The notes under the pieces are model-generated. The model saw only the letters and a list, made by a program, of their open reading frames with translations, ran no database searches and was not told where the DNA came from. From the NCBI GenBank assembly GCA_963719495.1, contig CAVRCI010000010.1, forward strand, positions 51,592 through 115,591: a stretch of 64,000 nucleotides of DNA, in the 5' to 3' direction. The stretch comes from an uncultured Verrucomicrobiae bacterium. Lineage in GTDB: Bacteria; Verrucomicrobiota; Verrucomicrobiia; Chthoniobacterales; JAATET01. Shown piece after piece: positions 38,586 through 48,694 of the stretch (positions are counted from its first letter, which is position 1; each line of letters begins with the position of its first letter). The translations under genes and the position numbers were made by a program.

Positions 38586-38759
38586 CGAAGCCAGGAACCT
38601 ACAATCCCACCAAAACCGCCGCAACCCCCACCCGCGCAGCGGGTCCAACCAAGGTAGGGCAGCCGGGCCCCGGGTGCCGTCACCATCTCCCAGCGCCCCA
38701 CTCCCACGAAGCCCAACTTCCCCTCGCAAAACCCCCGCCCCCACGCAAAGATCCTGGAA

Positions 38760-39233
38760 ATGGAAGCCGTGCTCATGGAAGAAATCCGCCGCCTCCCCAG
38801 AATCGAACTCGCCACCAGCGACGTCCTCGTCGCCGAAACCGCCCAACCCGAAGGGCTCTACTTCCTGGAATCCGGAGCCGTCGAAGTCATCAAAGGCAGC
38901 ACCCGCATCGCCCGCGAAAGCACCCCCGGAGCCGTCTTCGGCGAAGTCTCGCTCCTCCTCCACAGCTGTTCCACCGCCACCGTCCGCGCCATCGAGCCCA
39001 GCGTCTTCCACGTCGCCCGCGACGGCGAAGCCTTCCTCGCCGCCCACCCCGCCATCGCCCTGGTCCTCGCCCGACTCCTGGCGAGCCGCCTGGAAGCCGT
39101 CACCCGCTACGTCGCCGACATCAAAAGCCAGTTCAAAGAATCCGCCACCCACCTCGGAATGGTGGAAAGCGTAGTCGACACCCTAATCGCCAAACAACCC
39201 CGCCAAATCTCGAGAAAAAACCGAGGCCATTAA
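38760..39233 (+). CDS. Stand-alone cyclic nucleotide-binding domain protein
   Basis: LYFLESGAVEV, PGAVFGEVSLL, TATVRA; no HTH. Confidence 0.85.
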   Translation: MEAVLMEEIRRLPRIELATSDVLVAETAQPEGLYFLESGAVEVIKGSTRIARESTPGAVFGEVSLLLHSCSTATVRAIEPSVFHVARDGEAFLAAHPAIALVLARLLASRLEAVTRYVADIKSQFKESATHLGMVESVVDTLIAKQPRQISRKNRGH

Positions 39234-39246
39234 CCGCCCGGGGAAA

Positions 39247-39493
39247 ACAAGGCTTCCAGCCTGTAGTGACGGGCATCCTCGCCCGTCACAACTGCACGCA
39301 AGTGCAACCGCGAATCAGGATGGGGAACGCACGCGTCCCCGCGTGCGAGAGGCACCGTCCCGGTGCCTCACCCGGCAAATCGAGCGAAGCGAGAGAGCCG
39401 CCCGCATCGCCACCATTGACTCGCTCGCTCCCGCTCGTCTCGCCCTCCGGGCCGCATCGCAGAGCCGATGCACCAATCACCAGTCACCAATCA
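39247..39493. repeat. Composite repeat cluster (families D, B, C, plus ATCACCA heptamers)
   Basis: acaaggcttccagcctgt; ggggaacgcacgcgtccccgcgtgc; ggcaaatcgagcgaagcgagagagcc (also ~61689); tcgctcgctcccgctcgtctcgccctccggg. Confidence 0.85.
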
Positions 39494-40218
39494 CCCCCCA
39501 GCTCCACCCGCTCCACCACCTCCAGACTCCGATACTCCGCCACCATCGTCTCCAGATCCACCCGCACGAAAGCCGGGATCGCCCCGATCTGCCGACCCGG
39601 GTTAAACACCCACGTCCGCCCGATCCGCGAAGCCCACCCCCCGTCCGCGTAAAACGGCGCATTGTGAATGTGTCCGCAAAAAACCAAATCCGGCTGCAGC
39701 ACCTCGATCAATCCCCCGATCACCCCATCACCCGCGAATTCCTTCCCGGTAAAACTCACCGGCAACCCCGCCGGCGGAGCGTGATGAACCCAGAACCACC
39801 GCCGCCACGCCCGCGTATCCGCCGCCTCCATTCGCAGCATCGCCATCATGTCCGCCTTTGATTCCTCCGTCTCCCACCACGGACACACCGTAAATTTATC
39901 CTCCCCCGCGAACACCGTCTCGCCGTCCACCGCCAGATTCCGCCCGCTCAAATCCACCAGCCACTCCGCCACAAAGTCCCGACCGCCCACCGGCACGTCG
40001 CCGTCGTGGTTCCCCGAGCACACCACCAGCCGCGCCTCCTCGCGAATCCGGTCCAGATACTTCGAGATCACGATGATCTGCGTGTCCAAATCCACCGGCG
40101 ACGACAGATCCAGCAGATCCCCCGCGATCACGATCACGTCATACCGCGACGCCCGCACCACCAGCCACTCGAACTGCGGCAGCGAGTAATGCAAATCCGA
40201 CACCGCCAACAATCTCAC
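39484..40218 (-). CDS. Calcineurin-like metallophosphoesterase
   Basis: SDLH, AGDLLD, SGNHD, VHHAPP, CGHIH, NPG. Confidence 0.9.
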   Translation of the reverse strand: MRLLAVSDLHYSLPQFEWLVVRASRYDVIVIAGDLLDLSSPVDLDTQIIVISKYLDRIREEARLVVCSGNHDGDVPVGGRDFVAEWLVDLSGRNLAVDGETVFAGEDKFTVCPWWETEESKADMMAMLRMEAADTRAWRRWFWVHHAPPAGLPVSFTGKEFAGDGVIGGLIEVLQPDLVFCGHIHNAPFYADGGWASRIGRTWVFNPGRQIGAIPAFVRVDLETMVAEYRSLEVVERVELGGDW

Positions 40219-40294
40219 CCCCCCACCCTACAACCCCCGCCCCCCACGATGCATCCCGCGAATCAGCCAATCCGCCGGAGGCACCCCCACCCCC

Positions 40295-40388
40295 GGAGGG
40301 CGAGGCTCCCGCCGAGCCGTATTTTCCGCCCAAGACCCCCGAACGCGCCAACCCCGCTCACCCCACCATTCACCATTCACCATTCACT
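40295..40388. repeat. Family E repeat (GGAGGGCGAGGCTCCCGCCGAGCCG + shared tail) and (CACCATT)n
   Basis: Near-identical copy at 55571-55645. Confidence 0.85.
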
Positions 40389-40390
40389 AT

Positions 40391-43300
40391 TCACTCCCTC
40401 CGCGCCGCCACCAACCGGTAAGCCGCCGGCGTGAAAACCGCCGCCAGAAAAGTCGCCCCCCCGACCCCACCCGCCAGCACGATCGCCAGCGGCGGCCAGA
40501 ATTGCCCGCCCACCAGCAGCAAAAGCGGCAGAAAACTCCCGATCGTCGTCAGCGTCGTGCTCACCAAATGCCGCCCGCAACCCCGCACCTCCGCCACGAT
40601 CGCCTCCCAATCCCCGCGCCGCGCCTCCGGGTTCGCCCGGATCGCCGCCAGCACCACGATGTTGTCGTTGAAAGCCAACCCCACCAACCCGATGCACCCC
40701 AGGATCGTGTTGAAGCTCACCGGAAACCCGATCAAGCCCGTAGCCAGCAGCCCGTAACCCACCGCCAACCCCGCCGTCGCCAGCAGGATCAACGCCATCC
40801 GCACGCTATTGAACGACAGCACCAAAGTCGCAATCGTCAGCGTCACGATCACCGGCAGATACAGCAGCAGATTCCCCACCGCGTCCGCCTGATTCTCCGA
40901 CTCCCCGCCCACCTGCAATTCGTAACCCGGCGGCAGCCGAAACCCCGACGCGTCCAGATCCGCCAACACCCGTTCCGTGATCTCGATCGCCAACGCCCCC
41001 GCCTCGGCATACCCCCGCACGTTGTTCACCCGCTCGCTGTTCCGCCGCGTGATCGCACCCGTCTCCGGTCGCAACTCCAGCCCCCCCAGCGCGCGCAATG
41101 GAACCAGCTCGCCGTTCGCCCCGACCAACCGAAGATCCTCGATCCCAGCCACGGTCTCCCGCTGCGCATTCGGCAACCGAACCCGCACCGGCAGCTCCTC
41201 GACCGCCTCCAGCAAACTCCCGCCCTCAATCCCCTCGAGTTGCGCCTCCAATTGCGCCGCAATCGCCGCCGGCTCCAGCCCAGCCGCCCGCGCCGCCGCC
41301 TCGTCCAGCCGAAACCACAACTTCGGCTCACCCCGCGTCAGCGTGGACTCCGCGTTGGTGATCCCCGGCTGCTCCGCCAACCTCCGCTGCACCTCGTCCC
41401 CCAACCGCTGCAGCTCCCCGATGCTCGGCCCCCGCAACCGAATCTCGACGTCCGCGTTCGCCGGCGGTCCCTGCGCGAACTTTTTCACCAGCACCCGCGC
41501 CCCCGGAAACTCCTCCGACAGCCGCCGCTGCAACTCCGGCACCAACTCGCTCGTCGTCTGAAACGTGTCCACGTCGATCACCCCCATCGCGTATTCCGGC
41601 GAGTTGTCCCGGTTCTCGGTCAGATTGTAATACACCGGCGGGAAGCTCGCTCCCGACAACCAGTGCACCCGCTCGACCCCGTCGTAAGAGCGAATGATCG
41701 CTTCGACCTCACCGATCACGTTCCCCGTCTCCCCGATCGCCGTCACCGATGGCAACGTCACTTCGACCGTGAACATGTCGCGATCCGTTCGCGGAAAAAA
41801 CTGGCTCCCCAGCGTCGGCGCCAGCACGAAGCCGACGACCGGCAGCGCCATCCCCATCGCGACCCCCAGCCACGGACGACTCACCCCCAGCCGAATGATC
41901 CGATTCATCGGCCCCGCAAACCACCGCGCCTCCACGCCCTCCCGCATCCACTGCGGCAACCGACGTTTTCCACTCCCACCCGGCAGCTCCGAAAAGATCC
42001 CCGCCAGCGCCGCGATCACCGTCACCGAAAGCGCGAACGACGCCGTGATCGCCACGATGACGCTGCCGCCGATTGAGCCCACAAAATCCCCCGCGCCTCC
42101 CGGCAAAAGCAGGATCGGCAGAAACGCCAGCACCGACGTCAGCGTGGACGACAGCAGCGGCACGAACAAATGCCGCAGCGCGCCCACCACCGCGTCGCGT
42201 CTGCCCAGCCCGCGCGCCAGATAGATCCGAATCTCGTCCGTGATCACGATCGCCGTATCGATCAGCAACCCCATCGCGATGATCATCCCGAAGATCGACA
42301 TCTGGTGCAGCTTCCCGCCTTGCAGCGAAATCACGAACAACGTCGCGGCCGCCGTCAGCGGCAAAGCCGAGCTCACGATCAGCGACCGACGCCACCCCAT
42401 CGTGACGAAGATCACCACCATCACCACGCCCGCACCCAGCACCAGATTCCCCGCCAACTCCGCCAGCCGCGCCGCCGTGTAATCGTTCTGCCGAAACACC
42501 ACGTCCGTCGTGACCGCCCCGCCCGACGCCCGACGAAATTCCTCGATCACGCGCCCCGCCGCCGCGTCCCAGGCATCCACCCGCTGCGATTCCGCCACCC
42601 TCGCCGCCACCAGGACCGAGCGCTGTCGGTCGACCAAAGCGACCTGCTCCGGTGGATCCCGCCAACCTCGCTCCACCCCCGCGACGTCCCCGACCCGCAC
42701 CGTCCTCCCCCCGTCCCCCTGCTGCACGATCACCTCCCGCACCCGGTCCAACGCCTCGATTTTCCCCGCGACCTCGACCAACAACGTCGCGCCCGGCCCC
42801 CGCAACTGGCCCGCCGGCACTTTCACGTCCGCCCGCCGCAGCGCCTCCGCCACCGCCATCGGCGTCAATCCCCGCTGCGCCAACGCCTCCGGATCCACCG
42901 TCACCGTCACCTCCTCCGAAGCCTCTCCGTAGATCCTGACCAGCTCCGTCCCACCGACGTTTCGCAGCCCGTCCGCCAGTTCCTCCGCCCGCCGCGACAG
43001 GATCCCCAGACTATCCGACCCGCGCGCCGGATCCGTCCACCGCACCGCCGCGATCAACGTGTAGGCCACCGGGTTGCGCTTATCGTCGAAAAACGGAGCC
43101 TGAACCTGCGGAGGAAACGTCCGCGCTGCGTCGGCCAGCGCATCGCGAATCTCCGACGAGATTGCGTTGATATCGTCCCTGCCGACCGCGTCGAGCAGCT
43201 CCACGCTCACAATGGAAATTCCCGCCCGCGACGTGCTCGTCACGTTCTTGATCTCATCGATGTCGTCCAGTTCGGTCTCGATCTTTTCCGTGACCAATGC

Positions 43301-43507
43301 CTCGACCCGATCCGCCGACGCCCCCGGGAAAATCGTCAGGATCAACGGATTCCGATTGGTGATCACCGGATCCTCCAGTCGCGGCAGACCGGACAACGCC
43401 GAAAGCCCCGCTACCACGGTGACGATGATCGTCAGCGCCAGCAGGTAGCGGTTGTCGAAGAAGATTCCCAACCATCGGAAATCCTTCACCGGCTTCTCAT
43501 CACTCAT
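40391..43507 (-). CDS. RND efflux transporter permease subunit
   Basis: LPRLEDP, FPGASADRVEALVT, GLLIDTAIV, STLTSVLAFLP, FFPRTDRD, FWPPLAI..AGG. Confidence 0.95.
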   Translation of the reverse strand: MSDEKPVKDFRWLGIFFDNRYLLALTIIVTVVAGLSALSGLPRLEDPVITNRNPLILTIFPGASADRVEALVTEKIETELDDIDEIKNVTSTSRAGISIVSVELLDAVGRDDINAISSEIRDALADAARTFPPQVQAPFFDDKRNPVAYTLIAAVRWTDPARGSDSLGILSRRAEELADGLRNVGGTELVRIYGEASEEVTVTVDPEALAQRGLTPMAVAEALRRADVKVPAGQLRGPGATLLVEVAGKIEALDRVREVIVQQGDGGRTVRVGDVAGVERGWRDPPEQVALVDRQRSVLVAARVAESQRVDAWDAAAGRVIEEFRRASGGAVTTDVVFRQNDYTAARLAELAGNLVLGAGVVMVVIFVTMGWRRSLIVSSALPLTAAATLFVISLQGGKLHQMSIFGMIIAMGLLIDTAIVITDEIRIYLARGLGRRDAVVGALRHLFVPLLSSTLTSVLAFLPILLLPGGAGDFVGSIGGSVIVAITASFALSVTVIAALAGIFSELPGGSGKRRLPQWMREGVEARWFAGPMNRIIRLGVSRPWLGVAMGMALPVVGFVLAPTLGSQFFPRTDRDMFTVEVTLPSVTAIGETGNVIGEVEAIIRSYDGVERVHWLSGASFPPVYYNLTENRDNSPEYAMGVIDVDTFQTTSELVPELQRRLSEEFPGARVLVKKFAQGPPANADVEIRLRGPSIGELQRLGDEVQRRLAEQPGITNAESTLTRGEPKLWFRLDEAAARAAGLEPAAIAAQLEAQLEGIEGGSLLEAVEELPVRVRLPNAQRETVAGIEDLRLVGANGELVPLRALGGLELRPETGAITRRNSERVNNVRGYAEAGALAIEITERVLADLDASGFRLPPGYELQVGGESENQADAVGNLLLYLPVIVTLTIATLVLSFNSVRMALILLATAGLAVGYGLLATGLIGFPVSFNTILGCIGLVGLAFNDNIVVLAAIRANPEARRGDWEAIVAEVRGCGRHLVSTTLTTIGSFLPLLLLVGGQFWPPLAIVLAGGVGGATFLAAVFTPAAYRLVAARRE

Positions 43508-44649
43508 AACCCGACCGGAGCGCCACCCATCGATTCCGTCTTAACGACCTTCACACGCTGCCCCGGGGCGATCTTTTGTAGCCCGCTTCCCACCACCCGG
43601 TCCCCAGCCCCGATCGCCCCGCGAGCGAAGACCACGTCCCCGTATTCGTGCAGCACCTCGACGTCCCGGCGATCCAGAGCCAGCTCACCCGACTCACCAT
43701 CCGGCACCACCACGAAGCACGCCCACAACCCCCGCGCGCTTTCGGTCAGGCTGTCCTGCGGTAAAAAGAAACCCTCCGCCGCGACCTCGCGCTCCCGCCG
43801 GACCCCGACCAGATCCCCATCCCGCAATCCCAAACCCGTCGGCACGGACAAAATAACGTCCACCGTGCGGGTCCGCGGATCGCGCTGCGGCAAAATCCGC
43901 GCCACGGGAAATTCCCGCTCACCGCCACCCGCGACCACCGTCGCCGCGTCACCGATTTCCAATCCATCCAGCGCCTCGCCCACCAGTGCCGCCCGCACCT
44001 CGAGCACCTCCGATTCCAGCAACTCGAAGACCGGCTGATTCGGTGACACCACCGCCCCCTCGTCGATCATCCGCCGCGCAACCGTCCCGGCAAACGGCGC
44101 CCGCAGCACACTCTTCCCCAGATCGACCTCGACGCTCTCCAACCGAGCCTCCGTCCGCCGCACGTTCGCCTGCGCCGCCCGAAACCCCTCCTCGGCCTGA
44201 TCCATTTGCTGCGCCTCAATGACCCGCGTCTCCCGCAATTTTCGGTTCCGGTCGAAATCCGACGACGCCCGCTTCAGCGTCGCCCGCGCCTCCGCGATCG
44301 CCGCCGTCAATTCCGCCCGCTGCGCCTCCAGCCGCGCCACGTCGATCCCCGCCAGCTCCTCGCCGACGTCGACCGCATCCCCTTCGTCCGCCCCCACCGT
44401 CGTCACCGTTCCCGCCACCTCGAACGCCAGATTCGCGCGCCGCCGTGCCTCGACCACGCCCACGAACTCCTCGCTCACGGGATAGCTCCCCGTCTCCTCG
44501 AGCACGACCACCTCCACCGGCGTCAAAGCCACTTCCTCCCCGTCACCCGACCCGCTGCCCCCGCAGCCCGCCACGAGCACCGCCCCCACGATCAAGCCCG
44601 CGCCCGCCACCGACTTCCACCATTCACCATTCACCATTCCCCCAATCAC
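43504..44649 (-). CDS. RND periplasmic adaptor (MFP) lipoprotein
   Basis: Lipobox VAGC, LAFEVAGTV, LRAPFAGTV, DPRTRT, GLQKIAPGQRV. Confidence 0.92.
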   Translation of the reverse strand: MIGGMVNGEWWKSVAGAGLIVGAVLVAGCGGSGSGDGEEVALTPVEVVVLEETGSYPVSEEFVGVVEARRRANLAFEVAGTVTTVGADEGDAVDVGEELAGIDVARLEAQRAELTAAIAEARATLKRASSDFDRNRKLRETRVIEAQQMDQAEEGFRAAQANVRRTEARLESVEVDLGKSVLRAPFAGTVARRMIDEGAVVSPNQPVFELLESEVLEVRAALVGEALDGLEIGDAATVVAGGGEREFPVARILPQRDPRTRTVDVILSVPTGLGLRDGDLVGVRREREVAAEGFFLPQDSLTESARGLWACFVVVPDGESGELALDRRDVEVLHEYGDVVFARGAIGAGDRVVGSGLQKIAPGQRVKVVKTESMGGAPVGL

Positions 44650-45368
44650 GCGCCCAGCGCCCCCAACTCCGCCGAGAACAAATCCGCCTCGATCTCCCCA
44701 CGGCTCCCGTCGAAATCAAAATCCCGCCGATAAGGTCGCCACCCGCACCCGTCCAAATACCGGTGATAATTCTCCAACAGGCAATCCATCGGCCCATCCC
44801 TCGTCGCCGCCGCGTCCCGAAAAATTTCGTCCGCCGCGAGCAAATGCGCTCCCTTGGACAGACTCACCAACCCCCACACCACCTCGGTCGACGGCGGGGC
44901 CCAGGCCTCCAGATCGCCCGCCCGCCGAGCGGCGTCCACCACCTCGACACCGAGTTGAAAACACCGCCCGTTGATCGCGTGCATTCCCGCCCGACGAGCC
45001 TCCGAACACTTCCCCCAGATCGAATCCGACCGCACCAGCTCGGCCAGCGGAAACCCGTGGGGCGCCAGCCGACTCAGGAGCAGGTCACCAATTCCAAAAG
45101 CAAAGATCCGCTCCCGGGTCGAACCCCGATACCCCGCCGCCCGCTCGAAAAAATCCACCCGCATTCGCATCTGCCGCGCCACCACCGCCAGCACCAGATC
45201 CTCCTTGCTCTCAAAGTGATGATAAAGGGTCGCCTTCGAATACTCCACCCGCTCCGCCAATTCATCGAGGTGCAACCCGAGATACCCCACCCGGCGCAAC
45301 ATCCCATCCGCCGTCTCCACCACCAACCGCTCCCGCTCCGCAAAAGCCCGTTCCTTTCGAGACACCAT
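44646..45368 (-). CDS. TetR/AcrR family transcriptional regulator
   Basis: GYLGLHLDELAERVEYSKATLYHHFESKEDL. Confidence 0.92.
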   Translation of the reverse strand: MVSRKERAFAERERLVVETADGMLRRVGYLGLHLDELAERVEYSKATLYHHFESKEDLVLAVVARQMRMRVDFFERAAGYRGSTRERIFAFGIGDLLLSRLAPHGFPLAELVRSDSIWGKCSEARRAGMHAINGRCFQLGVEVVDAARRAGDLEAWAPPSTEVVWGLVSLSKGAHLLAADEIFRDAAATRDGPMDCLLENYHRYLDGCGWRPYRRDFDFDGSRGEIEADLFSAELGALGA

Positions 45369-45390
45369 TCCACCTCTCTCAGCCAAAAGT

Positions 45391-45420
45391 TACTCCGAGT
45401 CAATATATGACTCCGAGTTA
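45391..45420. promoter_or_regulatory. Probable TetR operator: two ACTCCGAGT quasi-palindromes around an AT-rich spacer
   Basis: tactccgagtcaatatatgactccgagtta immediately upstream of tetR. Confidence 0.65.
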
Positions 45421-45462
45421 CTTCACCAGAAAATCCTGTAAAACCTGTCCAATTCCCCGCGC

Positions 45463-45651
45463 CTACTCCTGCCGCGCCAAAATCTCCTGCATCACCGCAA
45501 ACGCCGCTCCTCGCGCCGACGCCGGATTCTGTCCGGTGATCAACCGATCATCCACCACCACGTTCTCCGAAAAATTCTCCGCCGTCACGACCTCGGCACC
45601 CAATTCCGTCAACCGATCCTCGAGCAAAAATGGCAAAAATGGCATCTCGTC
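45463..45651 (-). pseudogene. Displaced duplicate 3' end of the DJ-1/PfpI gene (att-like direct repeat)
   Basis: Matches 52260-52439; ~63 bp identical core, 9-bp AAAAATGGC duplication, distal part diverged. Confidence 0.92.
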
Positions 45652-45715
45652 AGGTCGAGCGGTTCTCCGGCGGTCGATCAAACCCAAGGCGTCCTCACGC
45701 CGATCTCCATAAAAA

Positions 45716-46486
45716 TCACCGATCCCCGCCGTCACCCACGAAAAACCGCGCCACCACCTCCGCCCGCGAGTTCACGCCAAAGTGTCGGAAGATCGTCTTC
45801 ACGTAGTCCCGCACCGTGTGCTCCGAGATCCCCAGGACCTCCGCGATCCGGCCATCTTCGTAACCCTGCAGGATCATCTCGTGCACCAGCCAGCAGCGAG
45901 GCGACAGGTCCGGCACCATTGCCCCCCGGTCCTCCGGCCAGCCCATCTCGAAGAGCCACGAGATCTCCGTCGCCACCACGTGCCCGATCAACGCCTCCCG
46001 ATCCGTCAACAACGGCTCGTCCGGATGTCGATACAGCGCAAACCCGGCCCAAGCGGCCCCCCCCACGTTCCGGCAAGTCAGCAAACGCGGCTGGAATCCG
46101 CAATCGATCCACAGCTCGTTGACCGCCGTTGCCTCGAACTCCCCGCGCGTCACGAGTTGCTGCAACGAGCGGGTCACCTGTGGCGTCGTGCTCTCCGCCA
46201 GCGCCGCCGCGTAGGGTGCCGTCAACGCCGCCATGTCCGGGTGCGTCTGGATTTTCATGAATTTCTCGAACGCCGCCTCGTCGAACCCTCCCTGCTGGTA
46301 TCCCGCATAAACTGGCAGCTTCCCCGGCTCCATCTTCGCACACAGCGTCCAGACCCACGCCCGCGTCCCCGTCAACTCCATCACTCCGTCCATCAACCGC
46401 GCCCGCATCGCCTCCACCCCCGCAATGCCACATACCACCCCCAGCAACCGCACGATCGCCCGCACATCCTCCTCCGCCAACGTCAT
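45716..46486 (-). CDS. LuxR C-terminal HTH regulator with uncharacterised N-terminal sensor domain (paralogue 1)
   Basis: PDLSPRCWLVHEMILQG...IAEVLGISEHTVRDYVKTIFRHFGVNSRAE. Confidence 0.88.
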   Translation of the reverse strand: MTLAEEDVRAIVRLLGVVCGIAGVEAMRARLMDGVMELTGTRAWVWTLCAKMEPGKLPVYAGYQQGGFDEAAFEKFMKIQTHPDMAALTAPYAAALAESTTPQVTRSLQQLVTRGEFEATAVNELWIDCGFQPRLLTCRNVGGAAWAGFALYRHPDEPLLTDREALIGHVVATEISWLFEMGWPEDRGAMVPDLSPRCWLVHEMILQGYEDGRIAEVLGISEHTVRDYVKTIFRHFGVNSRAEVVARFFVGDGGDR

Positions 46487-46497
46487 CTCCCCACTCT

Positions 46498-47286
46498 TCA
46501 TTTCGCATTCCTCATTTCAAATTTCTCATTCCCCACAAAGAATCTCGCCATCAGTGCCGCCTGAGATCCCACGCCAAAATGCTCATACAGCGCTTTGACG
46601 TAATCTCCGACCGTGTGTTCCGACAGGCCGAGGTGCTCCGCGATCCGTCCCCGGTCGAAGCCTTGCAGCATCATTTCGTGCACCAGCCAGCACTGCGGAG
46701 ACAGATCCGGCACCGTCGCCCCCCGATCCTCCGGCCAGCCCATCTCGTGCAGCCACGGAATCTCCGAGAGCAGGAGATGCACGATGTTCCCCTCCCGCTT
46801 CGTGAACAAAGGCCTCCCCCGCCGCCGGTAGCACCCGATCCCGCTCACCCCGCCATCCGCCAACGGGCGGTGCGCGATGCAGCGAGGCAGGATGTCTGCC
46901 TCCTCCCACATTTGCCCCCACTCCGAGCGTTCGAACTCCGCGTAGTCACAAATGTCGTGCACGTTCCGGGTCACCTGGGCACCCGTCTCCTCGAGTGCCC
47001 TCATCATCGGCTCGGAATACATCGCCAGCGAGGGATGCGATTGAATTTGCAAAAATTTCCCCAGTTGCTCCTCCGAAAATCCCCTCGTTTCAAATCCCAC
47101 GTAGATCGGTCGTTCCCCCGGCACCACCGCCGCCGCCAGCACCCAGCCCAGATAGTCCGCCGAAACGAGGTCCCCCAGCCCGTCCAGCAAATACCGCTTC
47201 CGCTCCAGCACCCCACCCGTCAGCCCGCACACCCCGCCCAACAATCGCACAATCCCCAAAACATCGTCCTCGGGCAGCTTCGCCAT
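46498..47286 (-). CDS. LuxR C-terminal HTH regulator (paralogue 2)
   Basis: Shares EMGWPEDRGA.VPDLSP.CWLVHEM and IAEHLGLSEHTVGDYVK with paralogue 1. Confidence 0.88.
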   Translation of the reverse strand: MAKLPEDDVLGIVRLLGGVCGLTGGVLERKRYLLDGLGDLVSADYLGWVLAAAVVPGERPIYVGFETRGFSEEQLGKFLQIQSHPSLAMYSEPMMRALEETGAQVTRNVHDICDYAEFERSEWGQMWEEADILPRCIAHRPLADGGVSGIGCYRRRGRPLFTKREGNIVHLLLSEIPWLHEMGWPEDRGATVPDLSPQCWLVHEMMLQGFDRGRIAEHLGLSEHTVGDYVKALYEHFGVGSQAALMARFFVGNEKFEMRNAK

Positions 47287-47359
47287 TTTCGATTTTCGAT
47301 TCTCCATTTTCGATTCGCCACTCGGTCTTTCACATTCCGCATTTCTCATTCCTCATTCT

Positions 47360-47962
47360 TCATTTCGTGTTAGCGGAGCGCGCCTCCCGCGCCACCAGCC
47401 GCACCAGTTCCGCCTGATTCCTCACGCCAAACCGGCTGAACACCTGCCGCACGTAACCCGCCAGCGTACCCGTCGACACGTTCATACGATCTGCTATTCC
47501 CTTCCGCGGCAGCCCGTGGACGAGAAGCTCCAGCGCCTCCCGTTCCCGCGGATACATCGCCCGCTTTTTTTCGAGTACCGTGATTTCCACCCGATCCGTC
47601 CGCCAGTGCAACATCGCCACCTCCCCGAGCACCATCTCCGCCAACCGCGACTCCTGTTCCTTGTAATCCGGCTCTCCCGCCAGACGTCCCAGCCCGATCT
47701 CACTCTTTCCACCCTCAACCAGCCGAGCCAAGCGCAAGCTCGGTCCGCGGCCATCCAACAAAACAACGCCACCGTGCAATTCCTCGCTCGGCGGCCCCAC
47801 GCCAATTGTCGTGGATCTCCACCACCACCCGTGAGAACTCGTCAACTCACACAGCTCGTCGAGTAAGGCACCCTTCCGAGCCGCGAAATCCGGCGGCATC
47901 GCCGCCACCCGGACAAACATCCCGATCACCCGTCGCACGGTTGTCTCGTCATATTGCCGCAT
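47360..47962 (-). CDS. LuxR C-terminal HTH regulator (shorter, divergent paralogue 3)
   Basis: PREREALELLVHG..RKGIADRMNVSTGTLAGYVRQVFSRFGVRNQAELV; N-terminal RKGALLDELCEL...WWW pattern like paralogues 1/2. Confidence 0.82.
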   Translation of the reverse strand: MRQYDETTVRRVIGMFVRVAAMPPDFAARKGALLDELCELTSSHGWWWRSTTIGVGPPSEELHGGVVLLDGRGPSLRLARLVEGGKSEIGLGRLAGEPDYKEQESRLAEMVLGEVAMLHWRTDRVEITVLEKKRAMYPREREALELLVHGLPRKGIADRMNVSTGTLAGYVRQVFSRFGVRNQAELVRLVAREARSANTK

Positions 47963-48505
47963 GGTCCAACCGATGTTGCCCGAGGGTATATCCCGGAGAA
48001 ACGATGCGGAAAGTCAAAAAGGCAACAATCCTGCAAAGAAAGGTTTTCCACCGGACTTTCGCGCCCAACTTCTCCTCACTGACTGCCCTTCCGGCAGGAT
48101 GCCAAATCCACGTGGCATGGGCTTCCAGCCTAGGAAATCCGCATCAAAGGTAGCGCAAGCTTCCAGCTTGCAACCACCATCGCCGCATCCCGCAAGCTAG
48201 AGGCTTGCGCCACCTTAATTTCCCGCCACCCGCCGACCATCCAAAGGTCCACCCCCCCCACGCTGCCCCAACAAAGGGGGGTGGGGACGTCTCGTCCCCA
48301 CGTTCGAATTCATCTGCGCGAACGAGACGTCCCCTCGCACCTCGATACGAGAATAGTTCCACTCGGAAAGTCATCAACTCCAGCAAGCGGCCCGCGCCCG
48401 CGGCGGGATCACCCACCCGGCTCCCTGCGCGCGACCATCGCTTCCGCGTAATCCCAGCCAACACCCCACTTGCCCCGACCGCCTCCTTCGGGCTAGATTG
48501 CCCCC

Positions 48506-48694
48506 ATGACGGCTACCGAGGTGATCAGCGAAATCAAAGTCATGCCGACCGAGGAACGTGCGCGGGTCGCCGCGTTTCTGCGCCAGTGCGATGCCGCGCC
48601 TGCCGTCCGATACGCCGATGATCGACAGGTCGAGGAAACCGCCGAGCGGATTTTTGACCGACACGCCTCGCTCATGCGCAAGCTCGCCTCGTGA
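48506..48694 (+). CDS. Putative antitoxin of the Doc toxin
   Basis: 62 aa, GTGA overlap with doc, C-terminal IFDRHASLMRKLA helix like Doc-neutralising tails. Confidence 0.7.
   Translation: MTATEVISEIKVMPTEERARVAAFLRQCDAAPAVRYADDRQVEETAERIFDRHASLMRKLAS

Noticed and set aside
38586..39152. N-terminal extension of PqqC (possible fusion)
   Set aside because: Antisense shadow of the cNMP gene plus a repeat; no PqqA/PqqB motifs
45463..45735. 90-aa ORF as an independent gene
   Set aside because: Chimera of unrelated sequence and the duplicated DJ-1 3' end, lacking the catalytic Cys region
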